Shown here: positions 22,907-32,814 of the stretch, one piece after another
How the letters are laid out: every line of letters starts with the position of its first letter
How positions within the stretch are numbered: position 1 is the first letter of the stretch
NCBI GenBank assembly: GCA_965202785.1
Contig: OZ241855.1
Span: 576,001 to 640,000 of the forward strand
DNA length: 64,000 nucleotides
Direction: 5' to 3'
Source of the DNA: Thermodesulfobacteriota bacterium
Lineage (GTDB): Bacteria; Desulfobacterota_D; UBA1144; Nemesobacterales; Nemesobacteraceae
Made by a program: the position numbers and the translations under genes
The notes under the pieces: generated by a model
Seen by the model: only the letters and a program-made list of their open reading frames with translations
Databases searched by the model: none
What the model was told of the DNA's origin: nothing

Positions 22907-23038
22907 TTTCTCACCATCGCTTAAACAGCTTGCGTAACAGCGAATAATAACCGATCAACAGCGGAAATACTCCGGATTCGAGTTGTTTCAGCGGGTTAAC
23001 GTCTTGGGGACAAGATCAGGCGCACCGGCAAGCCAACT

Positions 23039-23722
23039 TCAGATCAGGTCAGGCTTGTCGGTGATAATTCCGTTAATCCCCGCCCCGGCCAGTTTTTCGC
23101 CTCGTTTCGGATCGTTAACCGTCCAGCAGCACACAAAAAGACCTCTTCTCCGGGCTTCCGAAGCAAGGCGGCGCGTCATAAAACGGTGATTCGTGGCAAC
23201 TACCCGACACCCCAGGGAAAGAGCCTTCTTCACGCACCCGAAGCCGAAAACCGTAATAAGTCCCGTAGTAATGGAGCGATCAAGCTCCCTCACGGCAAGA
23301 AGACAGTCCTCGCGGAAAGAAACCACCGCTACATCTTTTATAAGACCATGAGCTTTTATAAGCGAGACCGTTTCTTCCTCGGTACCTTTTTCCTTAAGTT
23401 CGACCACCAGTCCGCAGCGCCCCGCGAAATTCTCAAAGACCTCTTCGAGAGTCGGTATCCGCTCCCCGAAACCGGCGTCAAGAGACCTGAGTTCAGAGAG
23501 CGTCTTCCCCGAAACGGCTCCCTTGCCGTCCGTGGTCCTGTCCACCTTCCGGTCGTGAATGACGACCAGGCGGCCGTCAAGACTCATCCTCACGTCAAAC
23601 TCTATCACCGAAGCCCCCATGTCAAGGGCCCTGCGGAAAGAGCGAAGAGTATTTTCCGGTTCGTAATGGCTCGCGCCGCGGTGAGAGATAAGGAGGAAGT
23701 CTTTTTTGAAAAAACCTTTCAT
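23039..23722 (-). CDS. Glycerophosphodiester phosphodiesterase
   Basis: SHRGAS..PENT, EFDV, HD, WTVN, ITDKPD. Confidence 0.93.
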   Translation of the reverse strand: MKGFFKKDFLLISHRGASHYEPENTLRSFRRALDMGASVIEFDVRMSLDGRLVVIHDRKVDRTTDGKGAVSGKTLSELRSLDAGFGERIPTLEEVFENFAGRCGLVVELKEKGTEEETVSLIKAHGLIKDVAVVSFREDCLLAVRELDRSITTGLITVFGFGCVKKALSLGCRVVATNHRFMTRRLASEARRRGLFVCCWTVNDPKRGEKLAGAGINGIITDKPDLI

Positions 23723-23736
23723 GGAATCTGGGGGAA

Positions 23737-24513
23737 TTACCTGAACAGGTCATGGGCCGGATCTCTGATCAGTTCATCCGAACTTCCTTCCCCCCGGATG
23801 TACTCAACCCCGCGGGCTACCACAACGGGCAGGGCCGCGGTTTTCTCCATGAGCAATCCCGCGGCGCACGCCACCTGGTCCGCGGTCGCCATCTCGGTTG
23901 CCGTAAGCAGAAGACCTTTGCTGTCGGTCTCTCCCCTGCGGTCAGAAAGCGGCTTCATGCCGCTGCAGCCAATGGCGATGTCGGTAAGCCCTTCCCGCCA
24001 GGGGCGTCCCACCGTATCACTTATTATGACGGCTACGTATTTCCCGGTTTCCTGTTCTATATGTTCTCTTATAGCCCCGGCGGAGCGGTCGGAATCAAGC
24101 GGAAGAAGCGTGACGTCCTCGCCCCCGGAAACGTTTGAAGCATCAACTCCGGCGTTTGCCAGCACAAGCCCTGCGACCGTCTCAACTATAAGCCTTCCCT
24201 TGCCGCTTTCTCTCTCGTCCATTTTCACGATTCTCCTGGTCTCCCCCAGAATCACCTCCACCAACCTCGGATCCTTTGAAACCTCCTCGGAGACCGTAAC
24301 AGCAAAATCCGACGGTTCCACCTGGGAAAGATTGATGACCCTGCCTTCGGCCTTTGAGACCACCTTCTGCGCAACTACAACTATATCCCCGTCAAGAAAA
24401 GAAAACCCCTCACTGGCGGCGGCGCGCAGAATCATCTCCCCGAGACCGTCCCCTTCCTTCACTTCCGGAATTCCCCTCAGGGGAACAAACTTTATTCCTC
24501 CAGTCTTGTCCAT
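23737..24513 (-). CDS. cofE: Coenzyme F420-0:L-glutamate ligase
   Basis: GIPEVKEGD, QKVVSKAEGR, ANAGVDASN, DTVGRPWREG. Confidence 0.93.
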   Translation of the reverse strand: MDKTGGIKFVPLRGIPEVKEGDGLGEMILRAAASEGFSFLDGDIVVVAQKVVSKAEGRVINLSQVEPSDFAVTVSEEVSKDPRLVEVILGETRRIVKMDERESGKGRLIVETVAGLVLANAGVDASNVSGGEDVTLLPLDSDRSAGAIREHIEQETGKYVAVIISDTVGRPWREGLTDIAIGCSGMKPLSDRRGETDSKGLLLTATEMATADQVACAAGLLMEKTAALPVVVARGVEYIRGEGSSDELIRDPAHDLFR

Positions 24514-24605
24514 GCGGAAACTCTCCCGATGCCGCGGCGGCGCAGCGTTTTGTATATACCGGTTAAACCATCTAGTATATAGTACCGATATTACAGAGGA
24601 GAGAA

Positions 24606-24998
24606 ATGGAAAGGTTCTATCTGGAAAGAGAGACCGACCTCGAGCTTGGAAAGCAGTTCGAGGTATCCGGCGTGGCGAGGGAATCAGGACTCATGATCCG
24701 CATATTCGTGACATCCTCGCTTAAAAAGGAAATGATGGAACCCGATTCCGAGGCCTCGGCCCGCGGCGAGGATGAAGACACCAGGCTAAAAGAGATACTT
24801 TCCCCTCTCGTGTCGTCCATAAGGTCGACCAGGAAAACGAAGAGAACCAACGTGATCAATTTCACCGCTTCAGTTACTAAAGACGGGAAAGGCCGGGAAT
24901 TTCATGTTATTTCCTACCTAGGTCCGGTAACGAAAGACTCCGAAGAACCCTGCATAACCCTTCTCCTGCCCGAAGACCTGCCGGAAGAAACACCTTAG
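24606..24998 (+). CDS. Hypothetical protein, DUF6573-like
   Basis: VSGVARESG..I.VT...EDTRL...GP...EPCITLLLPED resembles DUF6573 as I recall it. Confidence 0.55.
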   Translation: MERFYLERETDLELGKQFEVSGVARESGLMIRIFVTSSLKKEMMEPDSEASARGEDEDTRLKEILSPLVSSIRSTRKTKRTNVINFTASVTKDGKGREFHVISYLGPVTKDSEEPCITLLLPEDLPEETP

Positions 24999-25027
24999 CC
25001 GCAAAATCGTGTATTATTAGCTTTACA

Positions 25028-26191
25028 ATGGGGTGTACAGAGGACATTTCCGGCGAAATCTACTTTGACAACAACGCAACTACAAAACCACTTCCCGAAG
25101 TAACGGAGGCCATGCACGAAGCCATGGGTGAGGGATTCGGCAATCCCTCAAGCGCCCATTCGGCCGGAGAGCGAGCGAGGGGCCGCATGGACCTTGCCCG
25201 CAAACGGACCTCCGATCTTTTGGGATGCTCCCCCGAAGACCTCATATTCACAAGTTCCGGCACGGAATCAAACAACATGGTCTTTTATTCCTGCACGAGG
25301 AAAAAAGAGAAGCCGCGCGTTGTCACAACCCAGGTAGAGCACTCCTCGATAATGAAGATGTGCAATTTCCTCGAACTAAACGACGTGCACATCGAAATGC
25401 TCGAGGTGGACAGAGAGGGGATTCTTGATATCCGAGGACTCGAAAACGCGATCTCCGAGAAAACCGACCTAGTTTCCGTGCAGTGGGTTAACAACGAGAC
25501 CGGAGTCATACAGGATATGGCAAGCATTTCCGAGGTCTGCAGGAAAAACGGAGTGCTTCTCCACACCGACGCTGCCCAAGCCGTAGGAAAGCTCGAGGTG
25601 GACCTCGCGAAGCTCCCCGTGGATTTTCTCTCTTTCACAGCCCATAAAATCAGCGGTCCTCAGGGTGCCGCGGCTCTCTATGCAAAAGACAGGCTGCTTG
25701 TAAATCCTTTTCTTTTCGGAGGATTCCAAGAAGACGGATTTCGTCCCGGGACTGAGAACCTTCCGGGCATATCAGGCTTTGGGACCGCCTGCGAAATAAG
25801 GCGCACAAGACTTGAGCAGGCCATAGGAAAGATGAAGGATCTTCGCAACCAGTTCGAGAAGACGATAATCGAATCCATTCCGGACACCTCGATCAACGGG
25901 GATGGCGGGGAGAGAATATGCAACACCACAAATATCCATTTCGGCAGAACTGACGGAAGAAAATTGGTCTCCCTTCTTGACGAGGCGGGAATAAGGTGTT
26001 CGCAGAGTTCTGCGTGCACGAACTTCGACGTTACGCCATCCTACGTCCTTACCGCCATGGGGCTGGATGAAGAGCATGCGCATTCAAGCATAAGATTCAG
26101 CTTCTGCCCGGAAAACACCTTCAAGGAGGTGGAAAGAGCGGCAGAGATAATCCGGGAAAAGTGCGAATTTCTGAGGAGCCAGCCCTGCTGA
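25028..26191 (+). CDS. Second cysteine desulfurase (NifS/IscS group)
   Basis: YFDNNATT, GNPSS, TAHKISGPQG, CSQSSAC. Confidence 0.9.
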   Translation: MGCTEDISGEIYFDNNATTKPLPEVTEAMHEAMGEGFGNPSSAHSAGERARGRMDLARKRTSDLLGCSPEDLIFTSSGTESNNMVFYSCTRKKEKPRVVTTQVEHSSIMKMCNFLELNDVHIEMLEVDREGILDIRGLENAISEKTDLVSVQWVNNETGVIQDMASISEVCRKNGVLLHTDAAQAVGKLEVDLAKLPVDFLSFTAHKISGPQGAAALYAKDRLLVNPFLFGGFQEDGFRPGTENLPGISGFGTACEIRRTRLEQAIGKMKDLRNQFEKTIIESIPDTSINGDGGERICNTTNIHFGRTDGRKLVSLLDEAGIRCSQSSACTNFDVTPSYVLTAMGLDEEHAHSSIRFSFCPENTFKEVERAAEIIREKCEFLRSQPC

Positions 26192-26218
26192 ACCCGGACA
26201 CCCCGGGAAGACGGAAAA

Positions 26219-27358
26219 TCAGTCGACAACCCTTACCGGCTGACCGGGAAGGAGACCGAAATTCCCCTCGGTTATGATTCTAGAATCCGGGGGAAGCGAA
26301 TCAAAGGATATATAGGCCGAATTATCGTCTATCCACGTGGGCGCCACTTTAGCCTTGAGAACTTCTCCGTTTTTTTCAACCAGCACGAAAGAGGAATTTT
26401 CTTTATTGTCGGACAAGACAGCCGTCTTGGGAATTCTGACGACATTATCAAGCATCTGCACCGGTATTTTTACGGAAACCATTTCTCCGGGCCACCATTT
26501 TACCGAGGGATCGGATATGGCAATCTCGACATCGTAGGTGCCCGAGAAATCATCAGAACCCGGACTCACGCCGTCAACCTCGCCCGCGACGGTTTCCACC
26601 GTGCCGTCTCTTGTAAGTGATACCTCAAGGACATCTCCCCGGTTGACGCTTCTGGCAACAGACACGTCCACACCAGCTATGACTTTCCTGCCGCTTAGAT
26701 TAACGACCTTGGCTACCACATCCCCATTTCTTGTCTCCTGTCCGACGTCGGGAACGATTTCAACAACCTGGCCTTGGATAGGAGAACGGATCTTGAGATT
26801 TTCGTAATTCCACTTGGCCCTTTTGTAAGAAGCTTCAAGGGCCTTCACGCCGGCCGAGGCGGTTTCAAGAAGGTTTAGTGACGCCTCGGTCTCGTCCTCA
26901 GAGACTATTCCCTTTTCGAAAAGAGCCGAATTCCTGCGGTAGACCCTTTCAGCCTCGGCAAGCTTCCCCTTGGCGGATTCAAGATTGTACTTCGCCTCGT
27001 CAAGCCGCGTTTCCACGCGGTAATCGTGGAGTTCGAGGATAATTCCGTCCTTTTCGATTTCCTGACCTCGACCGGAATCTATCCGCTTTACCCATCCCGA
27101 AACGGTCGTCCGGACCAAGACAGTCTGCTTGCCACGGACTCTTCCGAGAACTTCGGTGTAAACTGAACCTGAGGACGCAATGGGCGTCATCACTTTTATG
27201 GGCCTGTAGGCGTTATCCCCAGAGTGATCCTGTGCACTCGATTCCCTTTCATAAAGAAACTTCGCGTACAGGAGCAACAGGAGCAATAGGAAACCAAGAA
27301 AAATTAAAACCAGAGTCAACCAGTTCTTCGTTTTTCTTTCCCTGAACCAAGATCTCAT
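26219..27358 (-). CDS. RND efflux periplasmic adaptor (membrane fusion protein)
   Basis: N-terminal TM, lipoyl-like halves, coiled coil, IRSPIQG, PGQPVRV. Confidence 0.9.
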   Translation of the reverse strand: MRSWFRERKTKNWLTLVLIFLGFLLLLLLLYAKFLYERESSAQDHSGDNAYRPIKVMTPIASSGSVYTEVLGRVRGKQTVLVRTTVSGWVKRIDSGRGQEIEKDGIILELHDYRVETRLDEAKYNLESAKGKLAEAERVYRRNSALFEKGIVSEDETEASLNLLETASAGVKALEASYKRAKWNYENLKIRSPIQGQVVEIVPDVGQETRNGDVVAKVVNLSGRKVIAGVDVSVARSVNRGDVLEVSLTRDGTVETVAGEVDGVSPGSDDFSGTYDVEIAISDPSVKWWPGEMVSVKIPVQMLDNVVRIPKTAVLSDNKENSSFVLVEKNGEVLKAKVAPTWIDDNSAYISFDSLPPDSRIITEGNFGLLPGQPVRVVD

Positions 27359-27522
27359 CTATTCTTCCACCCACAAAAGCTTCAACAAAAAAGACATTCA
27401 TAACAATATTGAGAATCTGGCGATTTAGCAATAACCAGCAAAATTAGGAACACCCGGTAAAACAGATTGACTTTTGGCCAGAATACCCCGATAATTATTA
27501 AGAGATTTTAAGGAGGATGTTA

Positions 27523-27813
27523 GTGAACGGAAAACCTTTAACGAAATCCCAGCTTTCAACCAGCTTGGCAGAGAAGGCGGGAATAACCAAGGCGACAGCC
27601 AAAACCGTTATTGATGCTATAGCGTCAATTGCATGTGAAGAGGTAAAGGGAAAAGGAGAATTCACGATTCCTGGAATCGGCAAACTGGTTATCAGCAATC
27701 GCAGTGCCAGAATGGGGAGAAATCCCGCCACCGGTGAAGTAATCAGCATACCTGCAAGAAAGGTCCTGAAGTTTCGCGTGGCTAAAGCCTGCAAAGATTC
27801 TGTACTAGGTTAA
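27523..27813 (+). CDS. hup: HU family DNA-binding protein
   Basis: TKSQL, PGIGK, ARMGRNPATGE, IPARKVLKFR; AGGAGG RBS. Confidence 0.93.
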   Translation: MNGKPLTKSQLSTSLAEKAGITKATAKTVIDAIASIACEEVKGKGEFTIPGIGKLVISNRSARMGRNPATGEVISIPARKVLKFRVAKACKDSVLG

Positions 27814-27832
27814 AACTGTCTCCACGCTCTAC

Positions 27833-29128
27833 CTAGTTGATTCCACCTCTAAGCGACCAGTTGAGAATTTCTACTGGATGCACAATCTTGGTCTTGGAAT
27901 CTGAACCGAGCAGTCCCTTGCGGATTTGTATCATGCACCCGGGATTCCCGACAGCCAGATAATCGGCGCCGGTTTTCTCTATATTATTTACTTTCCCTGA
28001 GAGAAGCTTGGCGGACATCTCCGGCTGCGCTATATTATATATCCCTGCGCTTCCGCAGCAGTGATCCGACCGCTGCATTTCGACAAATTCCAGTCCCGGG
28101 ATACTTTTCAGAAGTTCTCTTGGGGCGGACCGTATTCTCTGTCCGTGAACAATATGGCACGCATCCTGATAAGTAATCTTTATATCAAGAGGGTGCAGCG
28201 ACGCCCCTATTTCCCCATCCGAAAGAAATTCCATGACATCCACGGTTTTCGCTGAGAGCTGCGCCGCGGCTTCGGAGTAAACCGGATCCCGGCGCAGGAT
28301 CTCGGCGTATTCCTTCATAGTGGAACCGCATCCGGCAGAATTAACGACTACGGCATCTACATTTAAGGTGGCGAAAAGGTCCACCAGCTTTCTTGCGAAC
28401 TCCCTTCCTTCCTCAAGCCTTCCCGAGTGAACAGAAAGGGCCCCGCAACATCCCTGATTCTTGGGAACAAGAACTTCGCAGCCGCTTGCGCAAAGCACTT
28501 CGATCGTTGCCCTGTTTATTTCCGGGAAGAAAACCCCCTGAACGCACCCGCTCAGAAGGGCGACTTTCTTTTTTCTCTCTCCAATTGCCGGATAAAAAGC
28601 CGAAAGAGTTTCCCCAAAAGCAGAGTTGACTTCGGGCAGCATATGGAACATGGAAGAAGCCGAGAGACTTATTCTGTTAATAAGCCACGGCGGGAAAACC
28701 CTCTTCAGGCCAAGGACCCTTACCAGGTAGACAAAAGGCAGGAGAAACTTCAACCTTTGGGGATAGGGGAAGATTCTGAAGATAAAAGCCCTGAGAATTT
28801 TCTCCCCCAGCCCCCTCTTAAACCTCCTTTCAATCTGCCCCCTCGACATCTCTATCAAACTTCCATACTTGACTCCGGAGGGACACGCAGTCTCACAGGC
28901 AAGACACCCCAGACACAGATCAAGGTGCTTTACAAGCGACTCGCCCATCTGGATTCTTCCCTCCTCCGCGGCCTTTATCAGATGTATTCTTCCCCTGGGA
29001 GAATCAAGTTCGTTTCCGGTCTCAAGATAGGTGGGACAAGATGAAAGACAGAACCCGCAGTGAACGCAGTCCTGTATTATCTTCCTGCTCGGGCGATCCG
29101 TATGGTCAAAAGCGGTCTCAAGCGACAT
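27833..29128 (-). CDS. glcF: Glycolate oxidase iron-sulfur subunit
   Basis: CVHCGFCLSSCP, CLGCLACETACP, two CCG domains. Confidence 0.92.
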   Translation of the reverse strand: MSLETAFDHTDRPSRKIIQDCVHCGFCLSSCPTYLETGNELDSPRGRIHLIKAAEEGRIQMGESLVKHLDLCLGCLACETACPSGVKYGSLIEMSRGQIERRFKRGLGEKILRAFIFRIFPYPQRLKFLLPFVYLVRVLGLKRVFPPWLINRISLSASSMFHMLPEVNSAFGETLSAFYPAIGERKKKVALLSGCVQGVFFPEINRATIEVLCASGCEVLVPKNQGCCGALSVHSGRLEEGREFARKLVDLFATLNVDAVVVNSAGCGSTMKEYAEILRRDPVYSEAAAQLSAKTVDVMEFLSDGEIGASLHPLDIKITYQDACHIVHGQRIRSAPRELLKSIPGLEFVEMQRSDHCCGSAGIYNIAQPEMSAKLLSGKVNNIEKTGADYLAVGNPGCMIQIRKGLLGSDSKTKIVHPVEILNWSLRGGIN

Positions 29129-29912
29129 TGCGTCCCTCCGCTCCCGAAGAAATCGAAAAACCGAAAGTCTTGGAACCCGCGCTTTGGAAAACCTCTTCGA
29201 GTTCCTCTTGGGCGCCAAACGATTTTTTCCCAAGTTTTCTGCCGGATATATCAAAGTGAAGAGAGTCCTGAGAAAAAGGATTTGGGCAGATCGTATAGTT
29301 AAGCCCGTCTTGCGACGACAGGGCTATCTCCACCGTGTCTCCTAGGTAGTTAACCGGAACGTTCGGAATAGTGGCTGATCTTGATCCGTGGCAGAGGGAA
29401 AGCGATATCATGTCGCCCACCTGAAGAAACCTGAGATTGGTCTGGACATCGGCAGAAAGGTATCCGTTCGGGTTCCCCTCTCCTGCCCTGATCCCGATGC
29501 TTCGGTGCAGGAATTCCCTGATTTTCTCCCTAAGCGAAATGGCCGCCTTGTTACTTGGATCTCTGGATATGGTCCTTTCATTAAGTTCGGAAAAGTGAAG
29601 CGCTATTAGCGCGCAGGCATATGGATGCTCGTCGGCATGTTTTTCGAAACACTCAGACCAGATCTCAAACTGGCTCTCGGGCCGCATTTCCATGAAACTT
29701 CTCGGATAGCCGTTTTTCGGGTTAAGATCAGCCGCGGAATCCGTTTTCTCCCATCCGCAGTCATGTTCCCTTATCGCAAGCATCACCTCATCTTTTGGGG
29801 TGATCCCCTCGAAATCCTCATTGCCCCAGAAATTCATTATTCTTGAAGAAAGAAAAGCGTGGCCTGGCTGCGTTATAAGAGTCCACCCCTCACCAAATTC
29901 CCTTCTTATCAT
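29118..29912 (-). CDS. DUF3891 family protein (HD-like)
   Basis: LITQPGHAFLS..WGNEDF, AIREHDCGW, DMISLSLC. Confidence 0.8.
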   Translation of the reverse strand: MIRREFGEGWTLITQPGHAFLSSRIMNFWGNEDFEGITPKDEVMLAIREHDCGWEKTDSAADLNPKNGYPRSFMEMRPESQFEIWSECFEKHADEHPYACALIALHFSELNERTISRDPSNKAAISLREKIREFLHRSIGIRAGEGNPNGYLSADVQTNLRFLQVGDMISLSLCHGSRSATIPNVPVNYLGDTVEIALSSQDGLNYTICPNPFSQDSLHFDISGRKLGKKSFGAQEELEEVFQSAGSKTFGFSISSGAEGRNVA

Positions 29913-29923
29913 AATCCGTATCC

Positions 29924-31234
29924 TCAGTCTGCATCGAATATTTTTTCGCCGGGCAGAATGTTTCCCGGATCAAAACGCTGTTTGATGTTCTTCATAAGAA
30001 AAAGCGCTTCTCCGAAATCTCCCCACGCTTTTACCCTCTCCCGGAGTTCGCGACGGACCCTCGAGAACATGATACGGCCCCCGAGCGAATCGGCAAGATT
30101 TTCAAGAAAACGCGCCGCTTTGACCGCCTCTTCACCCTCACCGCTTACCGAAACAAGCGCAACCCCCCTGGCAGGCCTCGAAAGGCAGCGCACCGTGATT
30201 CCCGATAGTGCCGGATTGCTCTCAATATCGGAGAGAATCTCGATTGAGGCAGTTACGGGGAGAGTCAGCTTCGAGGAAAAACTTGCCCCGGATGAAAACG
30301 GGAATTCCCTTGCCGAATCCCATAACTCCTGTGAATCCTCATTCCCCATCTCGAGGAAAGAGGCAGATTTCCCAGAGCTTATCTCCCTTACCTGTTTTAT
30401 CTGCTCGATCACTGCCCCTTCGAAGCTGTCGAATCTAAGCAGAATGCTTCTTTTTGCTCCCGATGCCGCCGAGAATTCCGAAGAGAGTCTCTCGTCAAGT
30501 ATTTCAAAGCATGTGGGAACGACATCCGCAGCAAGTATCGCCCTAGCCGCATGGGAACAGGAAACATGGTTGTCAAAACCCAGAACTAGGGTTCTTGAGA
30601 AGGGTTGGCGGGGGTATAATCTAAAAGTCGCTTCCACTAAGACGCACAGGGTTCCGAGCGAACCTGCCATAAGCTTAGGAATATCATAACCCGCTACGTT
30701 TTTAACTACTTTTCCTCCCAAGTTTATGATCTCACCGTCAGCCCTCACGGCCCTGACTCCCAAGATAAGTTCCCTGCACGTGCCGTATCTGGTACTCATT
30801 GGACCGCAAAGATTTGTCGACACAAGCCCACCCACGGTGGCTCCGGAGTCAAGGCCGGGCGGATCCACGGGAAAAAGCTGGTTTTCACGCCCGACGGCAT
30901 TCTGAAACTCCCTCACCTCCATCCCGCATTCGACCGTGGAAACCATGTCGGAAGGCTCGTAAAACAGAACCCTGCCAAGACGCTTGAGTGAAAGCGCCGC
31001 GTCGACGGCACCGACCGGGTTGCCCAGAAAAAGCTTGGTGCCCCTCGCAAAAGGAAAAACACGGATGCCATTTCGGGAAGCAAACCCGAGGACCCGGGAT
31101 ATCTCCTCGACGGTTTCGGGATAGAGAATTACCTCAGGAGAGAAGCCGAATTCCGGAACGCCCGAGTCCGTATCACCGGAACCGGGAACGTGGAAACCTG
31201 AAACCATCTTGGAGAGTTCTGTTACCTGAGACAT
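29924..31234 (-). CDS. glcE: Glycolate oxidase FAD-binding subunit
   Basis: ATVGG, GGKVVKNVAGYD, GSLGTL, KQRFDP. Confidence 0.9.
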   Translation of the reverse strand: MSQVTELSKMVSGFHVPGSGDTDSGVPEFGFSPEVILYPETVEEISRVLGFASRNGIRVFPFARGTKLFLGNPVGAVDAALSLKRLGRVLFYEPSDMVSTVECGMEVREFQNAVGRENQLFPVDPPGLDSGATVGGLVSTNLCGPMSTRYGTCRELILGVRAVRADGEIINLGGKVVKNVAGYDIPKLMAGSLGTLCVLVEATFRLYPRQPFSRTLVLGFDNHVSCSHAARAILAADVVPTCFEILDERLSSEFSAASGAKRSILLRFDSFEGAVIEQIKQVREISSGKSASFLEMGNEDSQELWDSAREFPFSSGASFSSKLTLPVTASIEILSDIESNPALSGITVRCLSRPARGVALVSVSGEGEEAVKAARFLENLADSLGGRIMFSRVRRELRERVKAWGDFGEALFLMKNIKQRFDPGNILPGEKIFDAD

Positions 31235-31284
31235 CTTTTTTCAAACGAACGGACCGTTAAACCTTGAACATAGAACCCGCTCTA

Positions 31285-32772
31285 CTAGAAAAGTTCCCCC
31301 ATTTCCTTTGCGTGAGCAGCTTCGGAACCTGGTTTTTGCATCCCGGGCTCAACGCATGTTCTAGGAGTCGGAAACACCTTGCCGGGATTGCAGAGCCCCT
31401 CTTCGTCAAAAGCGCACCGCACAAGATTCATCGTGTCTATTTCCTGTTCGCTGAACATAAGCGGAAGAAACCTCTTTTTGTCAAAGCCAACTCCATGCTC
31501 TCCCGTAATGCTGCCGCCGACGTCAACGCATACCCTGAGAATTTCCCCGGAAAGCTCCTCGGCTTTCTCCGATTCCCCTTCAATTTCGGGATCATAGAGC
31601 ACCAGAGGATGAAGATTTCCGTCCCCCGCGTGAAAGACGTTCGCAACCCGAAGACCGTACCGTCTGCCGAGCTCTCTTATCTCTCCAAGCACCCTAGCCA
31701 GACTGCTCCTTGGAATTACGCCGTCCTGAACATAGTATCCGGGACTTATCTTCCCCATGGCTGCAAACGCACTTTTACGCCCCTTCCAGAAAAGCTCCCT
31801 CTCGCTTTCATTCGCCGCCAGCTTTATTTCAATCGCGCCGTTTTCCCGAAGTATCCCGGTTACGGTAGGAACCTGAGCGTTAACCTCCGCCCCAGGTCCG
31901 TCGAGTTCCACGAGAAGAATAGCTCCCGCATCCCTAGGGTATCCGGCACCTACCGTGGTTTCCACAGCGTTTATGCTGAGATTGTCCATGATTTCCATTC
32001 CCGCTGGAATAACTCCGGAAGAAATGATCGCGGAGACCGACGCCCCGGCGTCCTCGATTCTCTCAAAAGAAGCAAAAAGAGTTTTAACCATCTGAGGTTT
32101 TTTTATTATTCTCAAAAAGACCTTGGTCACTATGCCCAAAAGCCCCTCGCTTCCAACCACAAGCGAAAGAAGGTCATATCCGAGACTCTCCGGGGTAGGA
32201 CCCCCGAGCGTGACCACTGCTCCGTCGGGCAGAACCATCTCCACTCCGAGCACATGGTTGGTCGTAACCCCATACTTAAGACAATGAACTCCACCGGAGT
32301 TCTCCGCGACATTGCCTCCTATCGTGCACACGATCTGGCTTGAAGGATCGGGAGCGTAGTAAAATCCCTCGTCACTCACGGCATCGGTTACGGAAATATT
32401 GACCACTCCGGGCTCGACCACAACGACACGGTTCGGGATATCCACGTCAAGAATCCTGTTCATTCTTGAAAGTGATATCACTATGCCCTCGCGACTGGGG
32501 AGAGCACCACCGGAGAGGCCGGTTCCCGCCCCTCTCGGAACAAAAGGAATTTTCTCGCGATTGCAGAGTGTTACAACCAGGGAGACTTCCTCCGCACTTG
32601 AAGGGAGAACAACGAAAAGAGGCTTTACCCTGTATCCGGTAAGCCCGTCGCTTTCATAGGCAATCAGCTCATCCTCGGCTGAGATAACCGCCCCGGCACC
32701 CAGGATTTCCACAAGTTCCGAGGCGATGCGGGATTTCCATCCGCCGGTTCTTTTTACAGCTTGCGAGTCCAT
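31285..32772 (-). CDS. glcD: Glycolate oxidase subunit D (FAD-linked)
   Basis: RGAGTGLSGG, APDPSSQ, HCLKYGVT, FHAGDGNLHP, GEHGVG. Confidence 0.95.
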   Translation of the reverse strand: MDSQAVKRTGGWKSRIASELVEILGAGAVISAEDELIAYESDGLTGYRVKPLFVVLPSSAEEVSLVVTLCNREKIPFVPRGAGTGLSGGALPSREGIVISLSRMNRILDVDIPNRVVVVEPGVVNISVTDAVSDEGFYYAPDPSSQIVCTIGGNVAENSGGVHCLKYGVTTNHVLGVEMVLPDGAVVTLGGPTPESLGYDLLSLVVGSEGLLGIVTKVFLRIIKKPQMVKTLFASFERIEDAGASVSAIISSGVIPAGMEIMDNLSINAVETTVGAGYPRDAGAILLVELDGPGAEVNAQVPTVTGILRENGAIEIKLAANESERELFWKGRKSAFAAMGKISPGYYVQDGVIPRSSLARVLGEIRELGRRYGLRVANVFHAGDGNLHPLVLYDPEIEGESEKAEELSGEILRVCVDVGGSITGEHGVGFDKKRFLPLMFSEQEIDTMNLVRCAFDEEGLCNPGKVFPTPRTCVEPGMQKPGSEAAHAKEMGELF

Positions 32773-32814
32773 CGTTAAACTTATAGTATATCGGAACTTG
32801 GGGAACGCGAAAAA

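Noticed and set aside
23186-24724. 512-aa plus-strand ORF
   Set aside because: Antisense shadow of the phosphodiesterase and cofE genes, with no recognisable motifs.
31264-32343. 359-aa plus-strand ORF (and similar ORFs at 59810-60769, 22031-22924, 294-1031, 23-364)
   Set aside because: These are antisense to well-supported genes (glcD, murA, desulfurase, sirtuin, thyX).
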